Shown piece by piece: positions 63,969 to 64,000 of a stretch of 64,000 nucleotides of DNA (positions are counted from its first letter, which is position 1; the number at the start of each line of letters is the position of its first letter). The position numbers were made by a program, and so were the translations under genes. Origin of the DNA: Eledone cirrhosa (Eukaryota); assembly GCA_964016885.1 (NCBI GenBank), contig OZ024750.1, positions 3,782,001 to 3,846,000 of the forward strand. Reading direction: 5' to 3'. The notes under the pieces are model-generated. The model made no database searches. It saw nothing but the letters and a program-made list of their open reading frames with translations, and was not told the DNA's origin.

Positions 63969-64000
63969 CAAAGGAATTGTGGTAAGGAACCAGATGGACC

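Overview
AT-rich, intron-rich animal genomic DNA. The SINE/RTE-LINE repertoire resembles an octopod cephalopod (inference). Two spliced + strand protein genes were reconstructed by hand: ARMC8 (20 coding exons, 15146-49438, about 663-665 aa) and the His-rich zinc transporter SLC39A7/ZIP7 (3 coding exons, 53897 or 54029 to 59226). The most notable element is absent from the ORF track: a compact, apparently non-coding gene at about 8.3-11.2 kb with a TATA box and TCT/5'TOP start. It hosts 8 box C/D snoRNA genes (SNORD79-, 76-, 74- and 81-like, which are GAS5 residents in vertebrates; two tandem SNORD65-like copies; a one-base-shifted SNORD76/24-like guide; an orphan), two H/ACA candidates and an unidentified structured ~200-nt RNA with U2 complementarity. 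The window also has Penelope-like element remnants with five type I hammerhead ribozyme motifs, several RTE LINE copies, tRNA-SINEs, a Helitron, MITEs and tandem repeats at ARMC8 splice sites. Family names and rRNA positions come from recalled sequences, not database searches.
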